Part shown: in pieces, positions 1 through 9,040 of the stretch
Layout of the letters: each line of letters starts with the position of its first letter
Numbering within the stretch: position 1 is the first letter of the stretch
DNA from: Candidatus Eiseniibacteriota bacterium
Lineage (GTDB): Bacteria > Eisenbacteria > RBG-16-71-46 > CAZAMP01
NCBI GenBank assembly: GCA_965224245.1
Contig: OZ245046.1
Span: 1,568,001-1,632,000, forward strand
Reading direction: 5' to 3'
DNA length: 64,000 nt
Position numbers and translations under genes: made by a program
The notes under the pieces: generated by a model
What the model was told of the DNA's origin: nothing
The model's database searches: none
What the model saw: the letters and a program-made list of their open reading frames with translations, nothing else

Positions 1-2
1 AC

Positions 3-497
3 GGCGAGGGCCGGGACATCGACTTCAAGAACACGGTGATCATCATCACGTCCAACCTCGGAACCGACACGATCGTCTCGATGTGCGAGGACCCCGAGAC
101 GACCCCGGATCCGGAAGGCCTGGCCAAGGCGATCCGGAACGACCTCCTCGGATACTTCAAGCCGGCATTCCTCGGACGCCTGTCGGTGGTTCCGTACTTC
201 CCGCTCAGCGACGAGGTGATGCGCAAGATCATCCGGCTCAAGCTCGGAAAGGTCGAGCGACGGGTCCGCGACAACTACAAGGCCACGTTCGGCTACACGC
301 CGGCCGTGGTCGAGGCGATCGCCGAGCGATGCCAGGAGGTGCACACGGGAGCCCGAAACGTCGACCACATCCTGTCCCGAACGCTGCTGCCCGAGCTGGC
401 GGCCGAGTTCCTGGGTCGGATGGCCGAGGGAGGCGTGATCGCCCAGGTGCAGGTGGACGTTGAGAGCGGAGGCGGCTTCGATTACGCGCTGAGCTGA
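3..497 (+). CDS. tssH: T6SS AAA+ ATPase ClpV/TssH, C-terminal part (5' truncated by window)
   Basis: Frame from nt 3 reads GEGRDIDFKNTVIIITSNLG...FKPAFLGRL..VPY.PL...GARNVD, a ClpB-family D2 C-terminus; lies directly upstream of hcp and vgrG. Confidence 0.9.
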   Translation, partial: GEGRDIDFKNTVIIITSNLGTDTIVSMCEDPETTPDPEGLAKAIRNDLLGYFKPAFLGRLSVVPYFPLSDEVMRKIIRLKLGKVERRVRDNYKATFGYTPAVVEAIAERCQEVHTGARNVDHILSRTLLPELAAEFLGRMAEGGVIAQVQVDVESGGGFDYALS

Positions 498-709
498 GTT
501 TTCTCGCTCTACCGGACAGAACTCCGCGTCGGGGCCGGTAGAGGCGACGTCGATGAGGACGGGGTCGGCACCGGAAGGAGCCGGCAACGCCTCGAAGGAT
601 CGAGTTAAACTGGTCTTCCGTAAGGAGTTAGGTCAAGGCGACCTCTCGGCGCGGGGGACAGCTTCCACGAGCGACACTGTCGCGAGCGGGCCAAAGGAGC
701 AAGGGAATC

Positions 710-1183
710 ATGGCGATCTATCTGAAGTACGAAGGCATGACCGGCGAGGTGACGGCGGCCGGGCACGAGGGCTGGATCGAGTGCAGCTCGCTCCAGTGGG
801 GCGTCGGACGCGGCATCATCATGCAGACCGGCGCCAGCAAGGACCGCGAGGCCTCCTCGCCCTCGATCAGCGAGGTCACCGTGACCAAGCTGATGGACGA
901 GACCACGCCGTATTTCTTCACCGAGGCCTGCGTGGGCAAGAGCAAGAAGGTGGAGATCCATCTCGTCAAGACCGGTGACACGCTCGAGAGCTACATGGAG
1001 TACACGCTGTCGGACTGCATGGTCTCGGGCTACTCGGTCTCGACCGGTGGCGATCGTCCGTCGGAGTCGATCTCGCTGAACTTCACCAAGGTCGAGATGA
1101 AGTACATCCCGTTCGACGACAAGCACGCGGCGATGGCTCCGATCCCGGCCGGCTACGACCTCAAGACGGCGAAGATGGTCTAG
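710..1183 (+). CDS. hcp: T6SS tube protein Hcp/TssD
   Basis: MAIYLKYEG..GEVT...HEGWIE..S.QWGVGR, 'PSISEVTVTK.MD', 'ESISLNFTKVE'; AAGGAG/AAGGGA RBS. Confidence 0.95.
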   Translation: MAIYLKYEGMTGEVTAAGHEGWIECSSLQWGVGRGIIMQTGASKDREASSPSISEVTVTKLMDETTPYFFTEACVGKSKKVEIHLVKTGDTLESYMEYTLSDCMVSGYSVSTGGDRPSESISLNFTKVEMKYIPFDDKHAAMAPIPAGYDLKTAKMV

Positions 1184-1185
1184 GT

Positions 1186-1251
1186 GTCGATCCCGGGGCG
1201 GCGCTCGCGCCGCCCCGGTCGACCCGGTCGCCCCCGGGCGCGCCGGCGACC
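1186..1251 (+). terminator. Tandem GC-rich hairpins right after hcp (3' stabiliser or attenuator, no U-tract)
   Basis: CCGGGGCGGCGC (1193-1204)/GCGCCGCCCCGG (1207-1218) inverted repeat flanked by GTCGA/TCGAC, then GGTCGCC...GGCGACC. Confidence 0.5.
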
Positions 1252-1283
1252 AACCGTCACTCTCTAACCCGGTAGTCACAATC

Positions 1284-3332
1284 ATGCCGACGTACACACA
1301 AGACAACCGATTCCTTCAGCTCGAGACGCCGCTCGGTCCCGATCTCCTGGTGACCGATCTCCACGGCGTGGAAGAGATGTCTCGGCTCTTCCGATACGAG
1401 ATGACGCTGATCTCCGACCGAGACGACGTCACCGCTTCGGATCTGGTCGGCTCGAACGTCAGCGTGTCGTGGCATCGGGACGGCGGTCCCAGCTGGGTCA
1501 ATGCGTACGTGAGCGAGTTCACGCGGACCACCGTCGGCGAGTCGCCCGGCTATCGGGCCGTGCTCGTGCCGTGGCTCTGGTTCCTGGGGCAGCGGTCCAG
1601 CTGCCGGATCTTCCAGCAGAAGAGCATCGTGGACATCGTCGAGGCGGTGTTCTCGGACGCGGGCTTCTCGGACTTCGAGATGCGTCTCGGCAGCTATCCG
1701 CCGCGCGAGTACGTGGTTCAGTACAACGAGACCGACCTCGAGTTCGTGTCGCGGCTGCTCGAAGAGGCCGGCATCTTCTACTTCTTCACGCACGCACAGG
1801 GCAAGCACACCCTCGTGCTCGCGGATGCGACGTCGGCGTATCTGGACGCGGACGAGTCCGAGGTCCCGTTTCACACCGAGCTGGCCGACACCGATCACAT
1901 CACGAGCTGGGAACGCTCGAGCCGCTTCCGCACCGGCAAGGTCGCCCTGTCCGACTACGACTTCCTGAAGCCGACGAACTCGCTGATGGCCAGCGTCAAC
2001 ACCGTCGTCGAGCTGCCCGACGTCGGCAAGCACGAGCGCTACGAGTACCCGGGCGCTTATCTGACCTCCAGCGCCGGCAAGGACGTGGCCAAGACGCGCA
2101 TCGAGGCGATCGAGGCCGCGGTCGAGGTGACCACGGGCGACAGCAGCTGCCGCTCGTTCGCCGTCGGACACAAGTTCACCCTCTCCCGGCACGATCAGAT
2201 GCCGCCGGAGGAGGGGCTGTCGTACGTGATCACGTCCATCCGCCACGCGGTGTCGGATCACTCGTACGCGGGCGGGGACCAGGACTATCGCAACAGCTTC
2301 ACCTGCATCCCGAGCACGACGGTCTTCCGCCCCGAGCGGATCACGCCCGCTCCGCGGGTGGCCGGCCTCCAGTCGGCCCGGGTCGTGGGACCGTCCGGGG
2401 AAGAGATCTACGTGGACGAGCACGGTCGCATCAAGGTGCAGTTCCACTGGGATCGCGAGGGCAAGAAGAACGAGGACAGCTCGTGCTGGATCCGCGTGGC
2501 GCAGACGAGCGCCGGCGGGGGGTTCGGGGCGGTGTTCATTCCCCGGATCGGCCACGAGGTCATCGTGGACTTCCTGGACGGGGACGTGGATCGCCCGATC
2601 GTCATCGGGACCCTCTACAACGGCGACAACAAGCCGCCGTACAAGCTCCCCGACAACAAGACCGTGTCCACGATCAAGACGAACTCGTCCAAGGGCGGTG
2701 GCGGCTTCAACGAGATCCGGTTCGAGGACAAGAAGGACTCCGAGGAGCTGTTCTTCCACGCGCAGAAGGACCAGACGATCGTCGTCGAGAACGACCGCAA
2801 CGAGTCCACCGGCCACGACCGCTCACTCGAGGTGGGCAACGACAAGTCCGAGTCCGTGGGCCGCAACAAGTCGATCGAGGTGGGGAAGAACCACCAGGAG
2901 ACCATCGGCGCCGACGCCAGCATCGAGGTGGGCGGATCGCGCACCGAGAGCATCGGCAAGGATCAGACCGAGACCATCGGCGGCGGCCTCACCGTCAGCG
3001 TGGGCAAGGGCGGCTCGCTGTCCATCGGCAAGGGCTACACGGTCAGCGTGTCCGATGCGCAGAGCGTGTCCGTCGGCAAGAACGCCTCGCTCTCGATCGG
3101 CAAGGACTCGAGCACGGACGTCGGCGGCAAGTCGTCCACGTCCGTGGGCAAGGAGTACACGCTGGAGGCCAAGGCCGTGGAGATCAAGGCCAGTGACTCG
3201 ATCACGCTCAAGGCGGGGAGCGCCGTCCTCGAGCTCAAGAAGAACGGCGACATCACGCTCAAGGGCAAGAACATCAACGTCAAGGGCTCGGGCAAGGTCG
3301 TCGTCAAGGGCCAGCAGATCGGAATGAACTGA
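1284..3332 (+). CDS. vgrG: T6SS spike protein VgrG/TssI (no C-terminal effector extension)
   Basis: QYNETDLEFVSRLLEEAGIFYFF, DEHGRIKVQFHWDR, PRIGHEVIVDFLDGD.DRP, FHAQKD, C-terminal 8-residue S/T-V/I-G-K beta-helix repeats. Confidence 0.97.
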   Translation: MPTYTQDNRFLQLETPLGPDLLVTDLHGVEEMSRLFRYEMTLISDRDDVTASDLVGSNVSVSWHRDGGPSWVNAYVSEFTRTTVGESPGYRAVLVPWLWFLGQRSSCRIFQQKSIVDIVEAVFSDAGFSDFEMRLGSYPPREYVVQYNETDLEFVSRLLEEAGIFYFFTHAQGKHTLVLADATSAYLDADESEVPFHTELADTDHITSWERSSRFRTGKVALSDYDFLKPTNSLMASVNTVVELPDVGKHERYEYPGAYLTSSAGKDVAKTRIEAIEAAVEVTTGDSSCRSFAVGHKFTLSRHDQMPPEEGLSYVITSIRHAVSDHSYAGGDQDYRNSFTCIPSTTVFRPERITPAPRVAGLQSARVVGPSGEEIYVDEHGRIKVQFHWDREGKKNEDSSCWIRVAQTSAGGGFGAVFIPRIGHEVIVDFLDGDVDRPIVIGTLYNGDNKPPYKLPDNKTVSTIKTNSSKGGGGFNEIRFEDKKDSEELFFHAQKDQTIVVENDRNESTGHDRSLEVGNDKSESVGRNKSIEVGKNHQETIGADASIEVGGSRTESIGKDQTETIGGGLTVSVGKGGSLSIGKGYTVSVSDAQSVSVGKNASLSIGKDSSTDVGGKSSTSVGKEYTLEAKAVEIKASDSITLKAGSAVLELKKNGDITLKGKNINVKGSGKVVVKGQQIGMN

Positions 3333-3352
3333 TGATCACCCGGGAGACTGTC

Positions 3353-3901
3353 ATGCCGACCGAACTCCAGAATGGCGCACGTCACGAGGCGCCGCCGCTC
3401 GACGCGGTGGAGCGCGACGGGTCGTCCGGGCTCGACGACGTGCTCGAAGCCACCGTGGACGACGCGTTGCCGGCGCCGGAGGCCCGCGTCGAGGGCGTCG
3501 TGATCGGACGTCTCGACGAGGTGTCCGACGGGGCCGTGGTCACGTTCGACTGGTGCCGCCGCGAGTGGCGCGAGCGCGCCCGGATCACCGGCACGCTCGG
3601 AGCCGCGGACGTCGGACGCGCGGTCGCGCTCGTGTTCGAGAGCGGGGATCCCCGCCGTCCCATCGTGGTGGGACCGATCGACGCCGCGTCCGAGCCGCGG
3701 CTCGACCGGGCGACGTCGAGCGCCGCCGGGACGTCCGGACGGCGCGTTCGCATCGAGGCCGACGAGGAGCTCGTGCTGGCCTGCGGAGACTCGAGCCTCA
3801 CGCTCACCCGGGCCGGCAAGGTGCTCCTGAAGGGGCGCTACGTCTCCAACCGTTCGACCGGGGTGATGCGCCTGAAGGGCGCATCGGTCCAGATCAACTA
3901 G
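3353..3901 (+). CDS. DUF6484-like T6SS accessory protein
   Basis: VALVFESGDPRRPIVVG and EADEELVLACGDSSLTLTRAGKVLLKG.YVS.RS.G..R.KGASVQIN; follows vgrG; alternative start at 3332. Confidence 0.75.
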   Translation: MPTELQNGARHEAPPLDAVERDGSSGLDDVLEATVDDALPAPEARVEGVVIGRLDEVSDGAVVTFDWCRREWRERARITGTLGAADVGRAVALVFESGDPRRPIVVGPIDAASEPRLDRATSSAAGTSGRRVRIEADEELVLACGDSSLTLTRAGKVLLKGRYVSNRSTGVMRLKGASVQIN

Positions 3902-3911
3902 GAGAGTCGTC

Positions 3912-5144
3912 GTGTGGCTGGAAACGCTGCCGTCGATCGTCGATGAACACGTCGAGGAGTGCGCGGTGCTGCATCTTGCCCGTCGCGGCGCGGTGGTCTC
4001 GCCGGCCTTCACGCTGCCCGAGCTGACCGAGCTGGATCTCCGACTCGACGCGCACGCCGACGGGCTGCGCCTGGCGGGACGGCCGGCGGTCGACGCGCTG
4101 ATCTCGGCCCTCGACGGCGGCGAGGTCTCCGAGGTGTTCGCCGCGGCCGTCATCGCGTTCACCGAGTCGCCCGACCTCGAGGCGGCCGTGCTCGACGCGG
4201 TCGCGGCGGATCCGACTCTGGCCTCGGGACTGGCCGACGCCCTCGTGTGGACCGAGCCGGTGCGCGCCCGTGAGCGCGTCGCCACATACGTCCGGCACGA
4301 GGCGGCGGGTGTCCGCGCCGCCGCGTTCGACGCCGCGTCGACACTCCTGACGGGGGATCTCGTCCGGGCGGGGCTCACCGACGCCGACCCCGTCGTGCGC
4401 CGGGCCGCGCTCCGCGCCGCGGTCGGCCTCGGCGACCGCGACCTGACTCGCGACGTCGACCGGTTGCGTGACGATGCCGCCTGCCGGACCTGGGCCCTCG
4501 TGGCGGCCTGCCGCTACGGGGATCGCCGGGCCGCCGACGCACTGGCGGACGGCGTCGATCCGGCCACTCCATCGGAGGCCGACCCGACGCCGGAGACGGT
4601 GCTGGCCGCGTGGGTACGCGCGTCGACTCCCGCGGCCGTCGATGCGCGCCTCGCCGAGCTGACCCGATCCTCGGCCGCTCGCCTCGCCGCCTGGGGGTAT
4701 GCGGTGTCCGGCCGGGCCGAGACCCTCGATCGTGTACTCGCGCTCCTGGACGACACGGACGCGGCACGCCGGGCCGGCTTCGCGTTCGCCACCATCACCG
4801 GGACCGACCTCGCGGCCGCCGGCCTCGAGGGGGCGGCCCCCGGCGACGCGCCCGAGGGGCCTACCGACGATCCCGACGACGACGACGTGGGCCTCGATCC
4901 CGACGACGACTTCCCGTGGCCCGACGCCGACCTCGTGCGCGCGTTCTGGCGCGGGTCGGACGCGTCACTGCCGAGCGGGGTCGTCCTGCGCCGAGGTCAC
5001 CCGAGCGCTCACGCCCTTCTCGCCGATCGCGATCTCAGTCAGCTCGAGCGATGCCTCGTGCGGGACGACCTCCTCTGGGGCGACCCGTCCGCGCGCCGGG
5101 CCGCCGTCGACGAGCCCGGTTTCCGACAGGCCATGGGAGGTTGA
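3912..5144 (+). CDS. TIGR02270-family HEAT-repeat-like T6SS-associated protein
   Basis: N-terminal 'IVDEHVEECA.L...R....LDLRLDAHADGL' and acidic 'GPTDDPDDDDVGLDPDDDFPWPD' motif. Confidence 0.75.
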   Translation: MWLETLPSIVDEHVEECAVLHLARRGAVVSPAFTLPELTELDLRLDAHADGLRLAGRPAVDALISALDGGEVSEVFAAAVIAFTESPDLEAAVLDAVAADPTLASGLADALVWTEPVRARERVATYVRHEAAGVRAAAFDAASTLLTGDLVRAGLTDADPVVRRAALRAAVGLGDRDLTRDVDRLRDDAACRTWALVAACRYGDRRAADALADGVDPATPSEADPTPETVLAAWVRASTPAAVDARLAELTRSSAARLAAWGYAVSGRAETLDRVLALLDDTDAARRAGFAFATITGTDLAAAGLEGAAPGDAPEGPTDDPDDDDVGLDPDDDFPWPDADLVRAFWRGSDASLPSGVVLRRGHPSAHALLADRDLSQLERCLVRDDLLWGDPSARRAAVDEPGFRQAMGG

Positions 5145-5145
5145 G

Positions 5146-5601
5146 ATGCCCGTCACCGTAGGTGTGAACTTCCTGAGCGTCGTGCACAAGGCGTCGAACG
5201 GGGTCACGATCGCGTTTCCCGACGTCTGCAAGACGCCGACCCCCGCGGGTCCCGTTCCGATCCCGTACCCGAACATCGCGATGTCCAGCGACACGTCCAA
5301 GGGCACCAAGAAGGTCAAGGCGGACGGACAGCCGTTCTGCGTCAAGGACTCGAACTTCATGATGAGCACCGGGGACGAGGCGGGCTCCGCCGGTGGCGTC
5401 GCGTCCAGCAAGATCAAGGGCAAAGCCGAGTTCGTGAACTTCTCGTTCGACGTGAAGGCGGAGGGCAAGAACGTGTCTCGCGCGTTCGACCTGATGCTGC
5501 ACAACGACAAGAACACGCCGCCGTTTCCGGTCTTGCAGCCGCCGATCATCGCCATTCTCGTGTCCAATCCGACCTGCATCGTCTGTTCGAAGCCGCTGTA
5601 G
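5146..5601 (+). CDS. DUF4150 PAAR-like spike tip protein
   Basis: ATG at 5146 after GGAGG; FPDVCKTP...PVPIPYPN, STGDEAG, SFDVKAEGKNV.R..D.MLHN. Confidence 0.9.
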   Translation: MPVTVGVNFLSVVHKASNGVTIAFPDVCKTPTPAGPVPIPYPNIAMSSDTSKGTKKVKADGQPFCVKDSNFMMSTGDEAGSAGGVASSKIKGKAEFVNFSFDVKAEGKNVSRAFDLMLHNDKNTPPFPVLQPPIIAILVSNPTCIVCSKPL

Positions 5602-5625
5602 CGTTCGCCGCCGAAGGAACCTCCG

Positions 5626-6669
5626 ATGATCGCGCCCGACATCACGACCGACACCGGCTTCGCCATCGCCCCGCTCTTCGTGGCGGACGAGGACGCGCGT
5701 CCGTGCTTCGTGCCGGTGCTCAAGGCGACGTACGACCTGTCGGGCGGTGCGCCGGTCCTCGCCGACGAGCAGGCGCCGGTCGACACGTCCGGGTCGTACT
5801 GGGGCGAGCCGGGCCAGTCCAGCGTCCGGATCGAGCCCGAGCACGCGCCGATCAAGCTGACGACCGACGTCGTGCTGATCGGGCACGCGGTCGCCCCCGG
5901 TGGGTCGGCGACCCACGTGGACGTCGGGCTTCGGGTGGGGCCGGTGCAACGGGTGGCGCGGGTGTTCGGGCCCCGGACCTGGTCCCGGGGGCGGTTTCGC
6001 ACCGGCATCAGCGATCCCGAGCCGTTCGACCGGATCGCACTCACCTACGAGAACGCGTTCGGCGGCTGGGATCGCCGTCACGACGACGAGTCGAAGCACG
6101 ACCGCGAGCCCCGCAACCCCATCGGACGGGGCTTCCTGGCCAAGGGATCCAAGGTCGAGGACGGCGAGCCGCTCCCCAGCGTGGAGGACCCGCGACAGCT
6201 CATCGGCAGCCCCGGCGATCGCCCGTCGCCGGTGGGCTTCGGCTTCGTCTACGGGGCCTGGGAGCCCAGAGCGAGCCTGGCCGGGACCTATGACGCCGCT
6301 TGGAATGACAGTCGCAAGCCACTGCTTCCAAAGGACTTCGACAGGCGATACTTCAATGCCGCGTTCCCGGACCTCGTGACCCCGTCGTTCCTGGAAGGGG
6401 GGGAGCCCGTGCGCGTCGTCGGCACGTCCACGCGCGGCGCGCTGGAGTTTCGCCTGCCCGCGCCGGGCCGGCCGGTGTGCCGCGTCGCGCGGCGGCGGGA
6501 CCGCGACGCCGCCCTGACGCTGGTGCTGGACACCATCGTCTTGGACACCGACGCCGAGCGCTTGTACATGACCTGGCGGGGGCACCTGCCGCTCCGAGAG
6601 GGCCCGCTCGACGTGCAGTCGGGCGAGGTCGTGCTCGCCGGCGACCGAGCGCCCGTGGAGGCCCGATGA
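5626..6669 (+). CDS. DUF2169 T6SS chaperone/adaptor
   Basis: VLKATY, K..TDVVLIGHA, YENAFGG, RNPIGRG, P.GFG.....W.PR...AGTYD..W, P.DFD.RYFNAA, LDT. Confidence 0.9.
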   Translation: MIAPDITTDTGFAIAPLFVADEDARPCFVPVLKATYDLSGGAPVLADEQAPVDTSGSYWGEPGQSSVRIEPEHAPIKLTTDVVLIGHAVAPGGSATHVDVGLRVGPVQRVARVFGPRTWSRGRFRTGISDPEPFDRIALTYENAFGGWDRRHDDESKHDREPRNPIGRGFLAKGSKVEDGEPLPSVEDPRQLIGSPGDRPSPVGFGFVYGAWEPRASLAGTYDAAWNDSRKPLLPKDFDRRYFNAAFPDLVTPSFLEGGEPVRVVGTSTRGALEFRLPAPGRPVCRVARRRDRDAALTLVLDTIVLDTDAERLYMTWRGHLPLREGPLDVQSGEVVLAGDRAPVEAR

Positions 6670-7760
6670 CGATCACTCTGACATCGCTGGCCGTGACCGG
6701 CATCGGGGTGGCTTCGAGCCTCGGCGTCGGCCATCGCGGGGCCTGCGCCGCCGCCCGCGCCGGTCTCAGCCGCGCGGTGGAGCTGGGCATCGTGGTCCGG
6801 AGCGAGGTGGACGGGGACGACGACGTCGTCGTGGGGAGCCCCGTGGGCTCCTTCACGGTGGGGTTCACGAGGAACGCGCGCCTGGTGCGACTGGCCACGC
6901 TGGCGCTCGAGGATCTCGGAGCCGGCGGGCTGGCCGAGCGCGTGCGCGATCGTCGCGTCGGCCTGTGCGTGGTCCTGCCGCACGACTGGACCCCGGGCCC
7001 GGATCCCGACGAGGACGCCGACGAGGAGCCCCCGGTACCGGTCACCTACGACCCCGGCTGGATCGCCGAGCGGGTGACCGGGGCGCTGGCGTCTCGGCCG
7101 GTCGCGACGACCCCGATCCGGGACGGGCGGGTCGGCCTCGCGTCCGCGCTCGATCTGGCGCATCGCGAGATCGCGGCCTCGCGCTGGGACGCGGCGATCG
7201 TGGTTGCCTCGGACAGCCTCGTCGAGGAAGAGGTGGTCGAGCACCTCCATGCGAGGGGACGTCTCAAGTGTGCGGGGTTTCCCACCGGACTCCAGCCGGG
7301 AGAGGCCGCGGTCGCGCTTCTCCTGGAGGCCGAGGGCGCCCCGACGGAGATGGGTCGTGTCTCCGCGATCGCGCGCGGCGACGCCCCGTACGCGTTCGGA
7401 AGCGGCGACGTGCCCGATGGCCGCGCGTGTGCCGAGCTCGTCGAGATGCTCGCGGGGTCGCTGGGGTCGGGTCTCGGCCGGCCGCAGCTGTATCCCGACC
7501 TGAACGGCGAGATCGGGCGCGCCACCGAGTGGGGGTACCTCCTGTGCCACCTGGCCCATCGACATCCCTGGCTGGGAGACGCGCTTCATCTTCCGATCGC
7601 GTCCTTCGGAGACGCCGGCGTGGCGGCCGGCGCGCTGGCCGTGGCGACGTGCCTCCGCGAGCTGGATCGCGCTCCCCGGTCACCGGAGACGGGACTGATC
7701 ATGCTGAACGACGACGAAGGACCGCGGGCGCTCGTTGCGGTCAGTCATACACGAAGGTAG
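6666..7760 (+). CDS. Beta-ketoacyl-synthase-like (thiolase fold) T6SS accessory protein
   Basis: ATGA overlap with DUF2169; GIGVASSLG...CAAARAG, DSL, PGEAA, DLNGE..RA.EW, SFGD.G.A. Confidence 0.8.
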   Translation: MTITLTSLAVTGIGVASSLGVGHRGACAAARAGLSRAVELGIVVRSEVDGDDDVVVGSPVGSFTVGFTRNARLVRLATLALEDLGAGGLAERVRDRRVGLCVVLPHDWTPGPDPDEDADEEPPVPVTYDPGWIAERVTGALASRPVATTPIRDGRVGLASALDLAHREIAASRWDAAIVVASDSLVEEEVVEHLHARGRLKCAGFPTGLQPGEAAVALLLEAEGAPTEMGRVSAIARGDAPYAFGSGDVPDGRACAELVEMLAGSLGSGLGRPQLYPDLNGEIGRATEWGYLLCHLAHRHPWLGDALHLPIASFGDAGVAAGALAVATCLRELDRAPRSPETGLIMLNDDEGPRALVAVSHTRR

Positions 7761-7767
7761 GTTCCGC

Positions 7768-8421
7768 ATGGGATGCACCAAGAAGAAGAAGAAGAAGAAG
7801 GGCTACTACCGGCGCGGTCAGAGCTACAAGACCAAGTGCAAGTCGGGCTGGCGCGGTGACGGCTGTCAGATTCACCACATACTGCCCTGCGCCTCGATGA
7901 ACGCGCTCGAGAACGGAACCGCGTGCCCGGACATCACGCCGGACGAGCTCCAGATCCTGCAGAACGCGCTGTGGAACAGCGACTGGAGCATCAACGACAA
8001 GCACAATCTGATCGGAATGCCCACGAACGCGGTCCACAAGAAGAAGGACGGAAAGGGCACCCAGAGTCTCCCGTCGCACAACCTGGACCACTGGGGCGGC
8101 GGCAGCTACAACGATGACGTGACCGAGTGGCTCAACAAGAACATCATCGGGAAGTACCGTGCGAACGAGGACAAGCACGCCATCACGGTCACGAGCATCG
8201 AGGGGAACCTGAAGACCGGCAGCGACACGTACCGGCAGCGAATCATCGATTTCGGCAAGCGGGGCGACGGGTACACGGGAACCGCCGACTGCTTCGAGCA
8301 CCGTCACGAGCAAGACGTGAAGCCGTACTGGTTCAAGCCGTTCTCGATGGCCGTGAAGCCGAGCCCGCGGAACCCGGGGATGCCCTCATCGGCGATGACG
8401 GGCATCTTCAAGAAGATCTGA
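7768..8421 (+). CDS. AHH/HNH-type nuclease toxin, putative T6SS effector
   Basis: QIHHILP, W.IND.HNLIGMP, LPSHNLDH...YN; very Lys-rich; sits after the loading cassette and before immunity-like genes. Confidence 0.7.
   Translation: MGCTKKKKKKKGYYRRGQSYKTKCKSGWRGDGCQIHHILPCASMNALENGTACPDITPDELQILQNALWNSDWSINDKHNLIGMPTNAVHKKKDGKGTQSLPSHNLDHWGGGSYNDDVTEWLNKNIIGKYRANEDKHAITVTSIEGNLKTGSDTYRQRIIDFGKRGDGYTGTADCFEHRHEQDVKPYWFKPFSMAVKPSPRNPGMPSSAMTGIFKKI
7780..7800 (+). repeat. (AAG)7 trinucleotide repeat encoding K7
   Basis: aagaagaagaagaagaagaag in frame near the toxin N-terminus. Confidence 0.9.
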
Positions 8422-8448
8422 GCCGTCGACAGTCATGGAGGATGGGCG

Positions 8449-9015
8449 ATGTTTGTGGTGTGGCAGGTCGTGGTGGCGCGCGGAGACTGCACGGTGACCA
8501 CGCTCCAGAACTTCCCCGAGGCCTTCGCGATCCGCGACGCGGTGTCGGTGGCCGATCGGTTCCCCGATGACGCGTTCTTCGCGATGAACCCACAGAACCC
8601 CAAGGACATCCGCCTGCCCGACCAGGTGCGCACCTACGAGGGGCTGGTGGTGGTGTCGTCGGCGATCCGGGACGTGGTTCTGGAGATCGGCGGTGACGTC
8701 GAGCTCTTGCCGGTGGCGATCCACGACCACCGCGGCCGGGTCGCCAGCTCGGACTACTGGATCGTCAACCCGCTCACCAGGATCGACTGTCTGGACGTGG
8801 CCAACAGCCGTCTGACCGTCAACGCGATCGACAACTCGTACTCGGGATGCGACTCCCTCGCGATCCTGCCCGATCGCGTTCCGGAGGACGCGACGTTCTT
8901 CCGTCCCTCGGTATTCCCGGAGCCGATCGTGTGCCGAAGGGACGTCGCCGACCGGATCGTGTCCGGGGGTTTCTCGGGCATCGACTTCGTGGGAGCTCGG
9001 GAATGCATCATCTGA
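8449..9015 (+). CDS. Imm11 (DUF1629)-like immunity protein
   Basis: LVVVSS.IRD.....VELLPV.I.DH.GR...DYWIVNPL..IDCLD...S; directly follows the toxin. Confidence 0.7.
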   Translation: MFVVWQVVVARGDCTVTTLQNFPEAFAIRDAVSVADRFPDDAFFAMNPQNPKDIRLPDQVRTYEGLVVVSSAIRDVVLEIGGDVELLPVAIHDHRGRVASSDYWIVNPLTRIDCLDVANSRLTVNAIDNSYSGCDSLAILPDRVPEDATFFRPSVFPEPIVCRRDVADRIVSGGFSGIDFVGARECII

Positions 9016-9040
9016 CCGACGACCGGCCCGGGGCGACGCG

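Noticed and set aside
600-700. c-di-GMP-I riboswitch upstream of hcp
   Set aside because: Only a GNRA-capped mini hairpin; the conserved GCAAA and second-stem pattern are not recognisable
2790-3160. Periodic GTGGGCAAG/ATCGGCAAG repeats
   Set aside because: Coding repeats of the VgrG beta-helix, not a CRISPR or DNA repeat array
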